NCBI GenBank assembly: GCA_035628295.1 | Contig: DASPKC010000183.1 | Span: forward strand, 1 to 55,902 | DNA length: 55,902 nt | DNA from: Baekduia sp. | GTDB lineage: Bacteria > Actinomycetota > Thermoleophilia > Solirubrobacterales > Solirubrobacteraceae | Reading direction: 5' to 3' | Part shown: piece by piece, positions 36,889 to 46,656 of the stretch | Position numbering within the stretch: the stretch's first letter is position 1 | Layout of the letters: each line of letters opens with the position of its first letter | The notes under the pieces: generated by a model | What the model was told of the DNA's origin: nothing | Databases searched by the model: none | What the model saw: only the letters and a program-made list of their open reading frames with translations | Translations under genes and position numbers: made by a program

Positions 36889-38535
36889 CTACCGGCGCCG
36901 GGCCGGCGCGACGGTCGGCACCTCGACGCCCGTGACCGGCTCGCGGGCCGCGGGCATAGCGACGACGCGCCAGCGCGCGCCCGCGACCGAGGGCACCGTG
37001 ACGGAGCGCGCGCCGGACGCCGCCATGCGCAGCCGCTTGACGGTGCGCCATGCGCCCCGGTCGGCACGGCGCTGCAGCGCGACCTGCGCCTGGCCGCCGC
37101 CGAGGCGCAACCGCACCCAGGCCACGGCGCGCCGGCGCGGGCGCGACTCGACGAAGACCCCCGCCCGGAACGCCGCCGCCGACTGCTTCGGCGTGCCGTC
37201 GGCCAGCTCGAGGCCGCTCGTGAACTGCCCCAGGGGGCGCCGCGCGCTGCCGCTCTGCGCCGTCCGCGCCGGCGGCACGTCGCGCAGCAGGAACTGCGCG
37301 AAGGAGCGCACGCCCGGGACGCGGGAGGCCTCGTGCTCGCTCCACGTCAGGTACTGCGCCTGGCGCGCCTGCGAGACGCCGCGCGGCGGCCCGCCCTCGA
37401 GCGTCTCCCAGCCCATCTCGGTCAGCCACAGATTCCGCAGGCCGCCGGCGATCCGCCCGCGCGCCGCGAGGCGGTCGAGCGTCGTCTTCAGCCGGCGCAG
37501 ATCGCCGACGTAGACGGCGTCCGGCTGGAACGGCAGCCCGGAGCTGCGCGGCGTGCCCGTCAGGCCGTAGGGGTGATGGGCCCACCCGTCGCCCGCCACG
37601 CGGCGGAACCCGGCGCAGCGTGGGCTGCGCAGCGCTCGGAGCCTGCGGTCCACGCAGGCCATCTCGCGCAGGAAGCGCAGCGGCGGGACCGGCGCCCGGC
37701 CGCTCGTGCCGCCGGTGGCCGAGGTGCCGCCGACGAGGACGGTCACGTCGCTGCGCGCGGCCTTGACGGCGGGGTAGGCCGCCTGGGTCATCGCGCGGTA
37801 GGCGTGGGGGCTGGCCGGCTCCCAGCGCGATCCGCGCTTCTCCCACGTGGGTGTCAGGAAGCCGCTGTGGTTGGGCTCGTTCCAGAGGGTCAGGACGTCG
37901 GCGCGCGGCAGCGGCCCGGCGGCCGCGGCGCCCGCCGGGCCGGCCTGGCGCTGCGGCCCGCCGCCCAGCAGCATCTCGAGGAACGAGGCGTCCTGCGACG
38001 GCGCGGGGGCAGCCTGGCCCGGCGGCGGCGCCGGCGGGGTGAACGACCCGCTGTAGCGCCGCGCGACCGCGACGGCGAAGTCGGCGAAGTGCGCCGGCGC
38101 GACGTTCGTGCGCGCCCGGGGCTCGTCGGTCGGGTCGGCGGCCCAGCGCGGTGCCCAGAACCCGACGTCGACCATGACGCGCAGCCCGGCGGCGGTCGCG
38201 GCGCGGACGGCCTCGTCGAGGCCCGCCCAGCGCGGCTGCTCGTAGGCGGCGGGGTCGCGGGCGTCGAACTCCGGACGCGTCGGGCCGTCGGCGGCCGGGG
38301 CCAGCGACGACCAGCTGGCCGTCAGGCGGACGCGGTCGGCGCCGAGCGCGCGCAGGCGCTGCGCGGTCGCCCGGACCTCCGCAGCGGGGCGGTGCAGCAG
38401 CAGCGCATCGTCCTGCACGATCGTCTCGAGCGCGCGCGCAGGCGCGCCGGCCGCCGGGGCGGGCACGGCTGCCGGCAGCACGGCGGCAGCGAGGAGGGCG
38501 ACCCGGAGGCCCGGACGGCGGCGGCAGACCAGCAC
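36889..38535 (-). CDS. Secreted GH-A-clan-like glycoside hydrolase, paralogue of 11676-13307
   Basis: QDDALL, LGADRVR, LWNEPN, WAHHPY, WLTEMG, QFLLRD, FTSGL. Confidence 0.75.
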   Translation of the reverse strand: MLVCRRRPGLRVALLAAAVLPAAVPAPAAGAPARALETIVQDDALLLHRPAAEVRATAQRLRALGADRVRLTASWSSLAPAADGPTRPEFDARDPAAYEQPRWAGLDEAVRAATAAGLRVMVDVGFWAPRWAADPTDEPRARTNVAPAHFADFAVAVARRYSGSFTPPAPPPGQAAPAPSQDASFLEMLLGGGPQRQAGPAGAAAAGPLPRADVLTLWNEPNHSGFLTPTWEKRGSRWEPASPHAYRAMTQAAYPAVKAARSDVTVLVGGTSATGGTSGRAPVPPLRFLREMACVDRRLRALRSPRCAGFRRVAGDGWAHHPYGLTGTPRSSGLPFQPDAVYVGDLRRLKTTLDRLAARGRIAGGLRNLWLTEMGWETLEGGPPRGVSQARQAQYLTWSEHEASRVPGVRSFAQFLLRDVPPARTAQSGSARRPLGQFTSGLELADGTPKQSAAAFRAGVFVESRPRRRAVAWVRLRLGGGQAQVALQRRADRGAWRTVKRLRMAASGARSVTVPSVAGARWRVVAMPAAREPVTGVEVPTVAPARRR

Positions 38536-38624
38536 GACCGGCAGTGTGCCCGACCACGCGTTCGGATGGTCCGCCCCCCGGCCTCGCGGGTGGGTATCCC
38601 GACCGCGGATAGGGTGCCCGGCTG

Positions 38625-39812
38625 ATGAGCGCCACGGCCGCCACCGCCGGGCTGCGCCCGCCGGACGGGCACGAGCACGAGCCCGACCAGCGGGTCACGC
38701 CCCTGGAGCTGTTCTTCGACCTCGTCTTCGTCTTCGCGCTCACCCAGGTCACCGCCGCGCTCGCCGCCGACCCCACGTGGGAGGGCCTGGCGCGGGGCAT
38801 GCTCGTGCTCGGGACGCTGTGGTGGACGTGGGTCGGCTACGCCTGGGTGACCAACCGGCTGGCCTCCGACGAGGGGCTCGCGCGCGTCGCGCTCTTCGCC
38901 GCCATGGCGGTCATGCTCGTCGTCGCGCTCGCGGTGCCCGGGGCCTTCGGCGACGACGCCGTCGTCTTCGCCGTCGGCTACCTCCTGGTGCGCCAGCTCC
39001 AGACGCTCGTCCTGTGGCGCGCCGAGCCCGACGACCCGCAGGTCCGCGCAGCGGTCGGGCGGCTGGCGGTCACCTCTGCCGTCGGCCCGCTGCTCATCCT
39101 GGGCGCCACCGCCCTGGACGGGACCGCGCAGGGCGCGGTGTGGGCGCTGGCGCTCGTGATCGACGTGTCGGGCGGGTGGCTGAGCACCCGCGGCGGCGGC
39201 GCCTGGCGCGTGCATGCCGGCCACTTCGCAGAACGCCACGCGCTCATCGTCATCGTGGCGCTGGGGGAGTCGATCGTCGCGCTGGGCGTGGGCGCCGAGG
39301 CGGCGGGGCTGGACGCGGGCACGATCGTCGCCGCGCTGCTGGGCATCGCGCTCGTGGCGGCGCTGTGGTGGGCCTACTTCGACGTCGTCGCGATCGTGGC
39401 CGAGCGCCGGCTCGCGCAGGCACAGGGAGCCGAGCGGGGTGAGATGGCCCGCGACTCCTACTCCTACCTGCACTTCCCGATGATCGCCGGCATCGTGCTG
39501 CTGGCCCTGGGCGTCAAGAAGACGCTCGGCGACTTCGACGAGCCGCTGAAGGCGATGCCCGCGGCCTGCCTGTGCGGCGGCGTCGCGCTGTACCACGCCG
39601 GCCACATCGGCTTCCGCCTGCGCAACGTGCGCAGCCTGAGCCGCCCGCGCCTCACCGCCGTCGTCGCGCTCGCGGTGTTCGCGCCGGTGGCGTCGGAGGT
39701 CGAGGCGCTCGTCGCCCTGGCCGTCGTGACCGCGATCGCGGTGGCGGTCGTGACCTACGAGGCGCTCGCCTACGCGGAGGCCCGTGACCGCGTCCGCCAC
39801 GCGCTCGGGTGA
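38625..39812 (+). CDS. Low-temperature requirement protein A (LtrA) family
   Basis: VTPLELFFDLVFVFA, HFAERH.L.VIVALGESI, WWAYF, YSYLHFPM. Confidence 0.92.
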   Translation: MSATAATAGLRPPDGHEHEPDQRVTPLELFFDLVFVFALTQVTAALAADPTWEGLARGMLVLGTLWWTWVGYAWVTNRLASDEGLARVALFAAMAVMLVVALAVPGAFGDDAVVFAVGYLLVRQLQTLVLWRAEPDDPQVRAAVGRLAVTSAVGPLLILGATALDGTAQGAVWALALVIDVSGGWLSTRGGGAWRVHAGHFAERHALIVIVALGESIVALGVGAEAAGLDAGTIVAALLGIALVAALWWAYFDVVAIVAERRLAQAQGAERGEMARDSYSYLHFPMIAGIVLLALGVKKTLGDFDEPLKAMPAACLCGGVALYHAGHIGFRLRNVRSLSRPRLTAVVALAVFAPVASEVEALVALAVVTAIAVAVVTYEALAYAEARDRVRHALG

Positions 39813-40978
39813 GCGCCCACCGTCCCGCCCCGCCGATGCTCGGCCGGCTCCCCGAGCAGTTCTTCGCCGGGATGCTCGCCGCCGTCGCCGCGGCCCGCCG
39901 GCGCCCGGGCCCGCGCGTCATCGACCTCGGCCGGGGCAACCCGGACCTTCCGCCGCCCGCTGCCGCCATCGAGGCGCTGCGCGCGGCGGCGCACGAGACC
40001 GCGACGCCGGCCGTCCATGGCTATCCGGCGTTCCAGGGCGCCGCGTCGCTGCGCGAGGCGCTCGCCGCGCGCTACGCCGCCGACCACGCTGTGGCGCTCG
40101 ACCCGGACACCGAGGTCGCCGTCGTCCCCGGCACGAAGACCGCGATCATGCTCGCCGTCCTGGCGACCGCCGGCCCCGGCGACGCGGTGCTGCTGCCCGA
40201 CCCCGGCTATCCCGACTACCACTCGGGGGTCGCGCTGGCCGGGGCCCGGCCGGCGGCGCTCGGGCTCGACGCGACGGCCGGCTGGCAGCCCGACTGGGCG
40301 ACGGCCGACGGCGTGCGCGAGGCGCTCTGCGTCCTGAACTTCCCGTCCAACCCCTGCGCGGTCTGCGCGGCGCCCGGCACGCTCGAAGCGGCCGTCGGGC
40401 GCGCGGACGAGCGCGGGTCCTGGCTGCTGCACGACCTGGCCTACGGGTTTCTCGCCTTCGACGGGCGCCGCGGCCGCTCGGTGCTCGAGGTCGACGGCGC
40501 CCGGGAGGTCGCCGTCGAGCTGTGGTCGGCCTCCAAGGTCCACGGCATGGCGGGTTGGCGGATCGGGTTCCTCGTCGGTGCCGCGGAGGTCGTCGGCCGC
40601 GTCAAGGACCTGCTCGACCACCTGGCGGCTGGCGTGTGGACCGGCATCCAGCGCGGGCTGGAGGCCGCGCTGCGCGCCGACGGCGCCGATGTGCGCGCGC
40701 GACACGCCACCTACCTCGCGCGCCGCGACCGCCTCGTCGCCGCCCTGCGTGCCGCGGGCGCCGCGATCGACGCGCCCGAGGGCTCCTTCTACGCCTGGTG
40801 GCGCCCCCCGGACGGCCTGGGCGCCGCCGCGCTGCTCGAGCGCGCCCGCGTCGCGGTCGCGCCGGGGGAGGGCTTCGGCGCGCGCGGCGCCGGCTGGGTG
40901 CGGCTGTCCCTGGCCCTGCCCGACGCCGACCTCGACGAGGCCCTGGACCGGATCGTCGCGCTGCTGCGCGCGGGTTAG
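39809..40978 (+). CDS. PLP-dependent class I/II aminotransferase
   Basis: IDLGRGNPD, PDPGYPDY, NFPSNP, HDLAY, SK..GMAGWRIG. Confidence 0.92.
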   Translation: MSAHRPAPPMLGRLPEQFFAGMLAAVAAARRRPGPRVIDLGRGNPDLPPPAAAIEALRAAAHETATPAVHGYPAFQGAASLREALAARYAADHAVALDPDTEVAVVPGTKTAIMLAVLATAGPGDAVLLPDPGYPDYHSGVALAGARPAALGLDATAGWQPDWATADGVREALCVLNFPSNPCAVCAAPGTLEAAVGRADERGSWLLHDLAYGFLAFDGRRGRSVLEVDGAREVAVELWSASKVHGMAGWRIGFLVGAAEVVGRVKDLLDHLAAGVWTGIQRGLEAALRADGADVRARHATYLARRDRLVAALRAAGAAIDAPEGSFYAWWRPPDGLGAAALLERARVAVAPGEGFGARGAGWVRLSLALPDADLDEALDRIVALLRAG

Positions 40979-41307
40979 CGCTCGTCGCCGGCGCGGTCCG
41001 GGTCGGCCGTCGGCTCGAGCACCCCCAGCAGATCCGTCACGCGGCAGACGAGCAGGCGCTCCTCGTCGACGTCCACCCACGATCCGGCGCTCGCCGGGAA
41101 CACCACATGGTCGCCGACCGTCACTGGCATGCGCACCCCGGCGGCCTCCCACCAGTCGATGCCGGGCCCGACCGCGAGGACGATGCCGTGGTGGGGCGGG
41201 GGCTCGTGCGATCCGGGCGGCACGACGAGCCCGGACCGCCGTACGCGGTCGGGCTCGAGCTCCTTGATGACGACGCGGTCGAAGAGGGGACGCAGCTCGT
41301 GGCGCAT
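40975..41307 (-). CDS. Chaperonin-10 (GroES-like) paralogue
   Basis: LRPLFDRVVIK, SGLVVP, G.VLAVGPG, VGDHV.F, DLLGVL; no groEL in the window. Confidence 0.8.
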   Translation of the reverse strand: MRHELRPLFDRVVIKELEPDRVRRSGLVVPPGSHEPPPHHGIVLAVGPGIDWWEAAGVRMPVTVGDHVVFPASAGSWVDVDEERLLVCRVTDLLGVLEPTADPDRAGDER

Positions 41308-41333
41308 GGACGTCCCCGCACCCTACGAGGCCG

Positions 41334-41978
41334 TCAGCGCGCGGGGCGCTGCGACGGGCCGACCTGCTCGCGCAGCCAGCGCACGAGCGGGGCGGCGGCG
41401 TCGAACTGGGTGCGGATGCGCTCGCCGCACGCCGGGGTGTGCAGCCACTCGCCCAGCTCGTGGCGCTCGCTGACGACGACGCTCTTGTGGCGCAGCAGCT
41501 CGCCGCATGGGTGGTCGGGCGGCCAGCCGCGCGGGACGCGCTTGAGGTCCGGCTCGCCGAGCGCGAGCCCGGCCTTGCCGGCGGCGCTGAGCGCCCGGCG
41601 CAGCGCGCCCGCCCGGCGGCCGTCGTCGACGGCCTGGCGAAAGCGCTCGACCTGGTCGGGCGCGGGGCGCCACATCCCGGCCGCCACGAACAACCCGTCG
41701 AGGGAGAGCTCCACGTACCAGGCGGCGCCGAGGCCATGGCCGAGCACCATGCCCTGCTGCTCCTTGATGGGCGGCCGGTTGTGGAAGCGCGTGTCGTTGT
41801 AGGGGCGGAAGAGGTGCGGCGGGCCGAGATGGGCGAGGTCGCCGGCCAGCGCCTGCATCGGCGCGACCACGTGCTCGGCGTGGCGCGCCTTGTTGGCCTT
41901 GAACCACTCCCGGTCGTTGTTGGCCTCGAGGTCGCGCAGGAAGACGAGCGCCTCGGGCGGGAAGCCGCGGAACCCCAC
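41334..41978 (-). CDS. DUF2461-family protein
   Basis: FL.DL.ANNDREWFKANK, FRPYNDTRF, LKRVPRG...DHP..ELLRHK. Confidence 0.88.
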   Translation of the reverse strand: MGFRGFPPEALVFLRDLEANNDREWFKANKARHAEHVVAPMQALAGDLAHLGPPHLFRPYNDTRFHNRPPIKEQQGMVLGHGLGAAWYVELSLDGLFVAAGMWRPAPDQVERFRQAVDDGRRAGALRRALSAAGKAGLALGEPDLKRVPRGWPPDHPCGELLRHKSVVVSERHELGEWLHTPACGERIRTQFDAAAPLVRWLREQVGPSQRPAR

Positions 41979-42017
41979 GGCCCGATCCTGCCAGATGCCC
42001 TTGCTAGCTTCGGCTGG

Positions 42018-43052
42018 GTGCTGCGCCTGAGCGTCCTGGACCAGTCGCCGATCGCCGAGGGCAAGACCGGCGCCCAGGCGCTGCACGACACGGTTGACCT
42101 GGCCCGCCTGGCCGACCGTCTCGGCTTCCACCGCTACTGGGTGGCCGAGCACCACGGCGGGCCGATGCTCGCCGGGCCGGCGCCGGAAGTCCTCATCGGC
42201 CCGATCGCCGCCGCCACGCAGCGCATCCGCGTCGGCAGCGGCGGGGTCATGCTGCCCCACTACAGCCCGTTCAAGGTCGCCGAGGCGTTCAGCCTCCTGG
42301 CCGGGCTGTTCCCCGACCGGATCGACCTCGGCCTCGGCCGCGCGTCCGGGACGGACCCGCTGACCACGTTCGCCCTGCAGCGCGACCGCCGCCAGGCGGC
42401 CCCCGACGACTTCGAGCAGCAGCTGGCCGAGCTGCTGGCCCACCTCGAGGACGATCTGCCCGCCGACCATCCGTTCGCCCGCCTCCCCGCCACGCTGCCC
42501 GGTCGCCCGCACGCCCCCCGCCCGTGGCTGCTGGGCTCCTCGCCGCAGTCGGCCGTCTGGGCGGCCGGCCTCGGGTTGCCCTACGCCTTCGCCGACTTCA
42601 TCAACCCGGGCAACGCGGCGATCGCCGCCGCCTACCGCAGCGACTTCGTGCCGGCGCGCGGCCTCGACGATCCCGAGGTGGCCGTCGCCGCCTGGGTGCT
42701 GTGCGCCGAGACCGACGAGGAGGCCCAGCGCCTGGCCTCCTCGCACCGGATGGCCTTCTCGCTGCTGCGCCGGGGCCGGCTCATCGCGGTCCCTCCACCG
42801 GAGACCGCCGTGCCCTACCTCGAGCGCCACGGCATCAACGCCCGCTCGCGACGCGCGATCGTGGGGGACCCCGCGCACGTCCGCGCGCGGGTCGAGGAGC
42901 TCGCCGACGCGTACGGCGCGCGCGAGGTCATCGTGGTCACCATCACCTACGACCACGCGGCGCGCCGGCGGTCCTACGAGCTGCTGGCCGAGGCCTTCGG
43001 CCTGGCAGCCGCCGCGCCGCAGGCGGCGCTCAGCGGCGCCCGGGACGCCTGA
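42018..43052 (+). CDS. LLM-class flavin-dependent oxidoreductase
   Basis: LSVLDQSPI, RYWVAEHH, RVGSGGVMLPHYSP.KVAE, RIDLGLGRA.G, WLLGSS. Confidence 0.93.
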   Translation: MLRLSVLDQSPIAEGKTGAQALHDTVDLARLADRLGFHRYWVAEHHGGPMLAGPAPEVLIGPIAAATQRIRVGSGGVMLPHYSPFKVAEAFSLLAGLFPDRIDLGLGRASGTDPLTTFALQRDRRQAAPDDFEQQLAELLAHLEDDLPADHPFARLPATLPGRPHAPRPWLLGSSPQSAVWAAGLGLPYAFADFINPGNAAIAAAYRSDFVPARGLDDPEVAVAAWVLCAETDEEAQRLASSHRMAFSLLRRGRLIAVPPPETAVPYLERHGINARSRRAIVGDPAHVRARVEELADAYGAREVIVVTITYDHAARRRSYELLAEAFGLAAAAPQAALSGARDA

Positions 43053-43623
43053 AGCGCACGGAGTCCAGCACCGCGCGCGCCTCGCGCAGCACCGCCTGCG
43101 CGGCCGCCGGGCTGCCGAACGCCACGATCGCGTAGGTGCGGTAGCGGCTGGCCACCGTGATGGCCAGCGCGTCCACGACCTCCCGCCGCTCGTTGCGCGC
43201 GCGGATCGCCGTCAGGCGCGCCGGGCGCCCGCCGACGCGCCCGGCGCCGCGGTCGATGACCCGCGCGCCGTCGAGGGTGCGCAGGACGCTGCGCTCGAGC
43301 TGCGGGCGCACCTCGGCGACCGCCGGGCGCGCCGCCGCCGTGGTGATCGTCAGGCCCACCCGCCGGTCACCGCTCACCAGCCGGATCGCCCGTCCGCCGG
43401 GGCGCCTGCGCCAGCTGTCGGGATGGCGCAGCCGGATGCCGAACCGGGCGCTGTCGAGCAGCTTCCCGGCGGGGGCGGCGCGACCCGCTGGGGGATCGTC
43501 GTCGCCGCCGGCACCCGTCAGGCCGAGGACGAGCGCCGCCGCCGCCGCGACGACCAGCAGCCCCCCGGCGCCCAGGAGCGCCAGGGAGCTGCGGTCACGC
43601 CATCGCCGCTCAGCGTGCGCCAA
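43030..43623 (-). CDS. Membrane-anchored hypothetical protein (possible PsbP/DcrB-like fold)
   Basis: N-terminal TM, G.RLRHP.SW, C-terminal VLDSVRF; overlaps the upstream gene. Confidence 0.55.
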   Translation of the reverse strand: MAHAERRWRDRSSLALLGAGGLLVVAAAAALVLGLTGAGGDDDPPAGRAAPAGKLLDSARFGIRLRHPDSWRRRPGGRAIRLVSGDRRVGLTITTAAARPAVAEVRPQLERSVLRTLDGARVIDRGAGRVGGRPARLTAIRARNERREVVDALAITVASRYRTYAIVAFGSPAAAQAVLREARAVLDSVRFRRPGRR

Positions 43624-45340
43624 GCGCCGGACGCCGCAGGGCCAGACCGGCGCCGACCAGCGCCACGCCTGCCAGCAGCAGCAGCAGCACGTTCGTGCCC
43701 GTGAACGGCAGTTCGCGGTCGGCCCGGTCGCCGGCCACCGCTCCGGCGCCGTCGGCCTCGGAGTCGTCGTCGGGGTCGTAGGACGCCGGGTTGTCGGCGT
43801 TGCCGTCGGTGTGGCAGCCCGGGTCGCGCGCGTCGACGCGGCCGTCGCCGTCGTTGTCGCGGCCGTCGGAGCACTGCGGGCCGCCGGCGCCGCCGCCCTC
43901 GTTGTCGTCGTCGGGGTCGTAGGACGCCGGGTTGTTGGCGTTGCCGTCGGTGTGGCAGCCCGGGTCGCGCGCGTCGATCAGGCCGTCGCCGTCGTTGTCG
44001 CGCCCGTCGGAGCACTGCTCGCGCCCGGCGCGCTCCTCCGCACCCTCCTGCCCGCCGCCCGGCCTGCGGGCGTCGGTCTCGTCCTCGTCGGCCGGCACGA
44101 ACGAGTTGGGGTTGTTCGGGTTGCCGTCGCTGTGGCAGCCCGGGTCGGCGCTGTCGGCCACGCCGTCGCCGTCGTTGTCCTTGCCGTCGGTGCACTGCGA
44201 CGGCGGCGCCTGCGCGCGCGACTCGGAGGCCGCGGTGGAGGTCCGCAGCAGCGACGTGGTCGGCGTGGCGAGCGTGAAGATCGTCAGCGCCTCACGCACG
44301 CCGTGCGGCGCGGTCGCCTGGCTGTCGTTGGTCTCGTCGGCGCCGCAGACGATCGGCAGCAGCGTCGGGATGCCGGTCACGGTGTCCGGGGCGCCGGTAC
44401 CGCAGCCTGCGGCCGGGATCGGCACGGCGGTCCCGCCCAGCTCGAGCACGGCGGAGGAGTTCGTCTGCTGCGGCGCCTGGCCCTTGCACGCCTTGGACTC
44501 CGTGGCGGAGCGCGACAGCCCGGCCACCGCCTGGCCGCCGGCGTTGGCGCTGGCCACCGTGGTCGACCCGCGCGAGGTCTGGCACTGGCCGTCGTCGGAG
44601 ATGTCGCCGTTGGACTCGGCGGCGCCGACGTCGATGCCGCCCGGGCCGCCGAGGGTGGCCCGCGCGGTGGAGAAGCGGTTGGTCGAGCCCTGCGCGGTCG
44701 TCGCGCTGTCGGCGCGCACGAGCGACAGGCACACGTTGTTGCCGCTGCCCTGGCAGATGGGGGTGAGCAGGTTCTGCTGGATCGGGTCCAGCGGGCCGGT
44801 GCGCGACTGGCCCGGCGTCGTGTCGACGCCGACGATCTCGTTGCCGAACAGCGCGGCGATGGTGATGTGCCCGTGGTAGGTGCCGTCGGCCTGCTGCTCG
44901 CCGCGGGCGCGGCCGACGACGACCTCCTCGCCGGTCTCCGACCCGTCCGGGTCGCCGGCCAGCGGACGCTGGGTCCGCGGGTCGATGTCGATCACCGCGA
45001 CCGAGCCCTGGCCGTGCGGGTTGGCGCCGTGCAGCGGCGGCTCGGTCAGCGGGTCCTGCGCCTGGCGGGCCGCGGCCGGCGGGGCGCTCGCGGCGTTCAC
45101 CGCGCGGGCGGCCGGCTGGGCGGCCTTGCGCACCGGTGCGGTGGTTCGGGCGACGACCTCGTCGACGGTGCGGCCCACCTGCTGCAGCGCCTCGTCCAGG
45201 CGCCGGTCCTCCAGCGGCCGCGGGCCGCCGGCGTTGCCGGCCAGCGGCAGCAGCCCCAGTACGGCGATACCGGTCGCCAATGTCGTTGTCGCCGCAGCGG
45301 CGAGCTTGCGACGCGGCGTCCTGCCTCGTTCATCCAGCAC
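43610..45340 (-). CDS. Sortase-type (LPFTG) surface protein with three Cys/Asp-rich Ca-binding-like repeats
   Basis: Signal peptide, Cys-rich beta domain, 3x QC.DG.DNDGDG..D..DPGCH.DGN..NP.S, then LPFTG, TM and LRR tail; SD AGGGGAG. Confidence 0.8.
   Translation of the reverse strand: MLDERGRTPRRKLAAAATTTLATGIAVLGLLPLAGNAGGPRPLEDRRLDEALQQVGRTVDEVVARTTAPVRKAAQPAARAVNAASAPPAAARQAQDPLTEPPLHGANPHGQGSVAVIDIDPRTQRPLAGDPDGSETGEEVVVGRARGEQQADGTYHGHITIAALFGNEIVGVDTTPGQSRTGPLDPIQQNLLTPICQGSGNNVCLSLVRADSATTAQGSTNRFSTARATLGGPGGIDVGAAESNGDISDDGQCQTSRGSTTVASANAGGQAVAGLSRSATESKACKGQAPQQTNSSAVLELGGTAVPIPAAGCGTGAPDTVTGIPTLLPIVCGADETNDSQATAPHGVREALTIFTLATPTTSLLRTSTAASESRAQAPPSQCTDGKDNDGDGVADSADPGCHSDGNPNNPNSFVPADEDETDARRPGGGQEGAEERAGREQCSDGRDNDGDGLIDARDPGCHTDGNANNPASYDPDDDNEGGGAGGPQCSDGRDNDGDGRVDARDPGCHTDGNADNPASYDPDDDSEADGAGAVAGDRADRELPFTGTNVLLLLLAGVALVGAGLALRRPALGAR
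43757..44197 (-). repeat. Three 120-bp intragenic repeats
   Basis: Units at 44078-44197, 43898-44017 and 43757-43876. Confidence 0.9.
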
Positions 45341-45436
45341 GAAGTGCTCCCCTTGTGGATCGACTGGCTGTCCCCTGCCCACCGCCTGACATCCGGAAAC
45401 CCGGTGCGTCAGCGCGGCGGTACGCTGGGCCGGGTC

Positions 45437-45745
45437 GTGCACACGGTCGAGGACGACGCCGAGTTCGGCTACCGGTTGCAGCTGCTGCCGCCGGGCCGTG
45501 TCGGCTTCCGGCGCTGGCGCTGGGAGCTGTGGCAGGGCCCGAGCCTGCTGGCCGCGGGCTGGCGGCTCTCCGAGCACCAGGCCGAGCGCGCGCTGCGAGC
45601 CGCTGCGTCGCGCGCCGGCCACGCCCGCCTGGGGGTGCACCCGCTGGACCCCGAGCGCAACGCGCTGCACGGCGAGCTGCGCCGCGGGACCCCGGCGCGC
45701 CTGGACTGCGGCGCGCTGACGCTCGTGCTCGTCCCCCTGGGATGA
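45437..45745 (+). CDS. Hypothetical protein
   Basis: EFGYRLQLLPPGRVGFRRWRWELWQG..LLAAGW; -10 TACGCT at 45421. Confidence 0.6.
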   Translation: MHTVEDDAEFGYRLQLLPPGRVGFRRWRWELWQGPSLLAAGWRLSEHQAERALRAAASRAGHARLGVHPLDPERNALHGELRRGTPARLDCGALTLVLVPLG

Positions 45746-45768
45746 CGTCCAGCGGGTAGCGTCCCGCC

Positions 45769-46575
45769 ATGCCGACCATCGAGCTGCGGGGAACCACCCT
45801 CAACGTCGAGGAGGGCGGCCCGCGCGACGCGCCCGCGCTGCTGCTCAGCCACTCGCTGTTCTTCGACCACCGCATGTTCGACCCGCTGACGCGGCTGTTG
45901 ACCGACCGCTTCCGGGTGGTGCGCTACGACCACCGCGGCCAGGGCGCGAGCGCCCGGGCGCCGCGGGAGGAACTCGACATGGACACGCTGGCCGACGACG
46001 CCGCGGCGCTCATCCAGGAGCTGGGACTCGGGCGCTGCACCGTCCTGGGCAACTCGATGGGCGGCTTCGTCGCCCTGCGCCTCGCCGCCCGCCGGCCGGA
46101 TCTGGTCGGCGCCGCCATCGTGGCCGGCTCCGCGGCCGGTTCGGAGGAGCGCATCGCCGAGTTCGACCCGCTGGTGCAGTCGCTGGGGGAGGGCGGCGTC
46201 GAACCCGTCCTGGACGTCGTCACCCACATCATGGTCGGTGACACCACCATGGCCGAGCCGTCGCGCGCGCCGCTGCTGGCGGCGGTGCGCGACCAGCTGG
46301 CCGCGCTGGGGCCGGACATCGCGGACGCCGCGTGGCAGGTGGTGCATCGCCGTGGGGTCGAGGACGAGCTGGCCAGCATCCGGGTGCCGCTCCTGGTGCT
46401 CGCGGGCGCCGAGGACCACGCCTACACCGTCGCGCAGTCGCGGGCCATCGCCGAGGCGGTCCCGGGCGCGCGCCTGGAGATCGTCGAGCGCGTCGGCCAC
46501 TCGGTCGCGCTCGAGGACCCGGAGACCGTGGCCGAGCTCATCGTGGAGTTCGAGCACGCCATGGCCACCGCCTGA
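45769..46575 (+). CDS. Alpha/beta hydrolase (PcaD-like)
   Basis: SHSL, RYDHRGQGAS, GNSMGG, GAED, GH. Confidence 0.88.
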   Translation: MPTIELRGTTLNVEEGGPRDAPALLLSHSLFFDHRMFDPLTRLLTDRFRVVRYDHRGQGASARAPREELDMDTLADDAAALIQELGLGRCTVLGNSMGGFVALRLAARRPDLVGAAIVAGSAAGSEERIAEFDPLVQSLGEGGVEPVLDVVTHIMVGDTTMAEPSRAPLLAAVRDQLAALGPDIADAAWQVVHRRGVEDELASIRVPLLVLAGAEDHAYTVAQSRAIAEAVPGARLEIVERVGHSVALEDPETVAELIVEFEHAMATA

Positions 46576-46595
46576 GCGGCTCCACGTTCGTCGCA

Positions 46596-46624
46596 TTGCC
46601 CCGGCCCTGGGCCGGGCGTAGGCT
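46596..46624 (+). promoter_or_regulatory. Housekeeping-sigma promoter TTGCCC-N17-TAGGCT
   Basis: 17-nt spacing, followed by SD GAGGAGG and ATG 46657. Confidence 0.55.
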
Positions 46625-46656
46625 CGCGCGACACCACACACCCAGAGGAGGGTGCG

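Noticed and set aside
45388-45415. Imperfect inverted repeat CTGAC...GTCAG upstream of the LPFTG protein gene
   Set aside because: Short and imperfect; expected by chance at this GC content.
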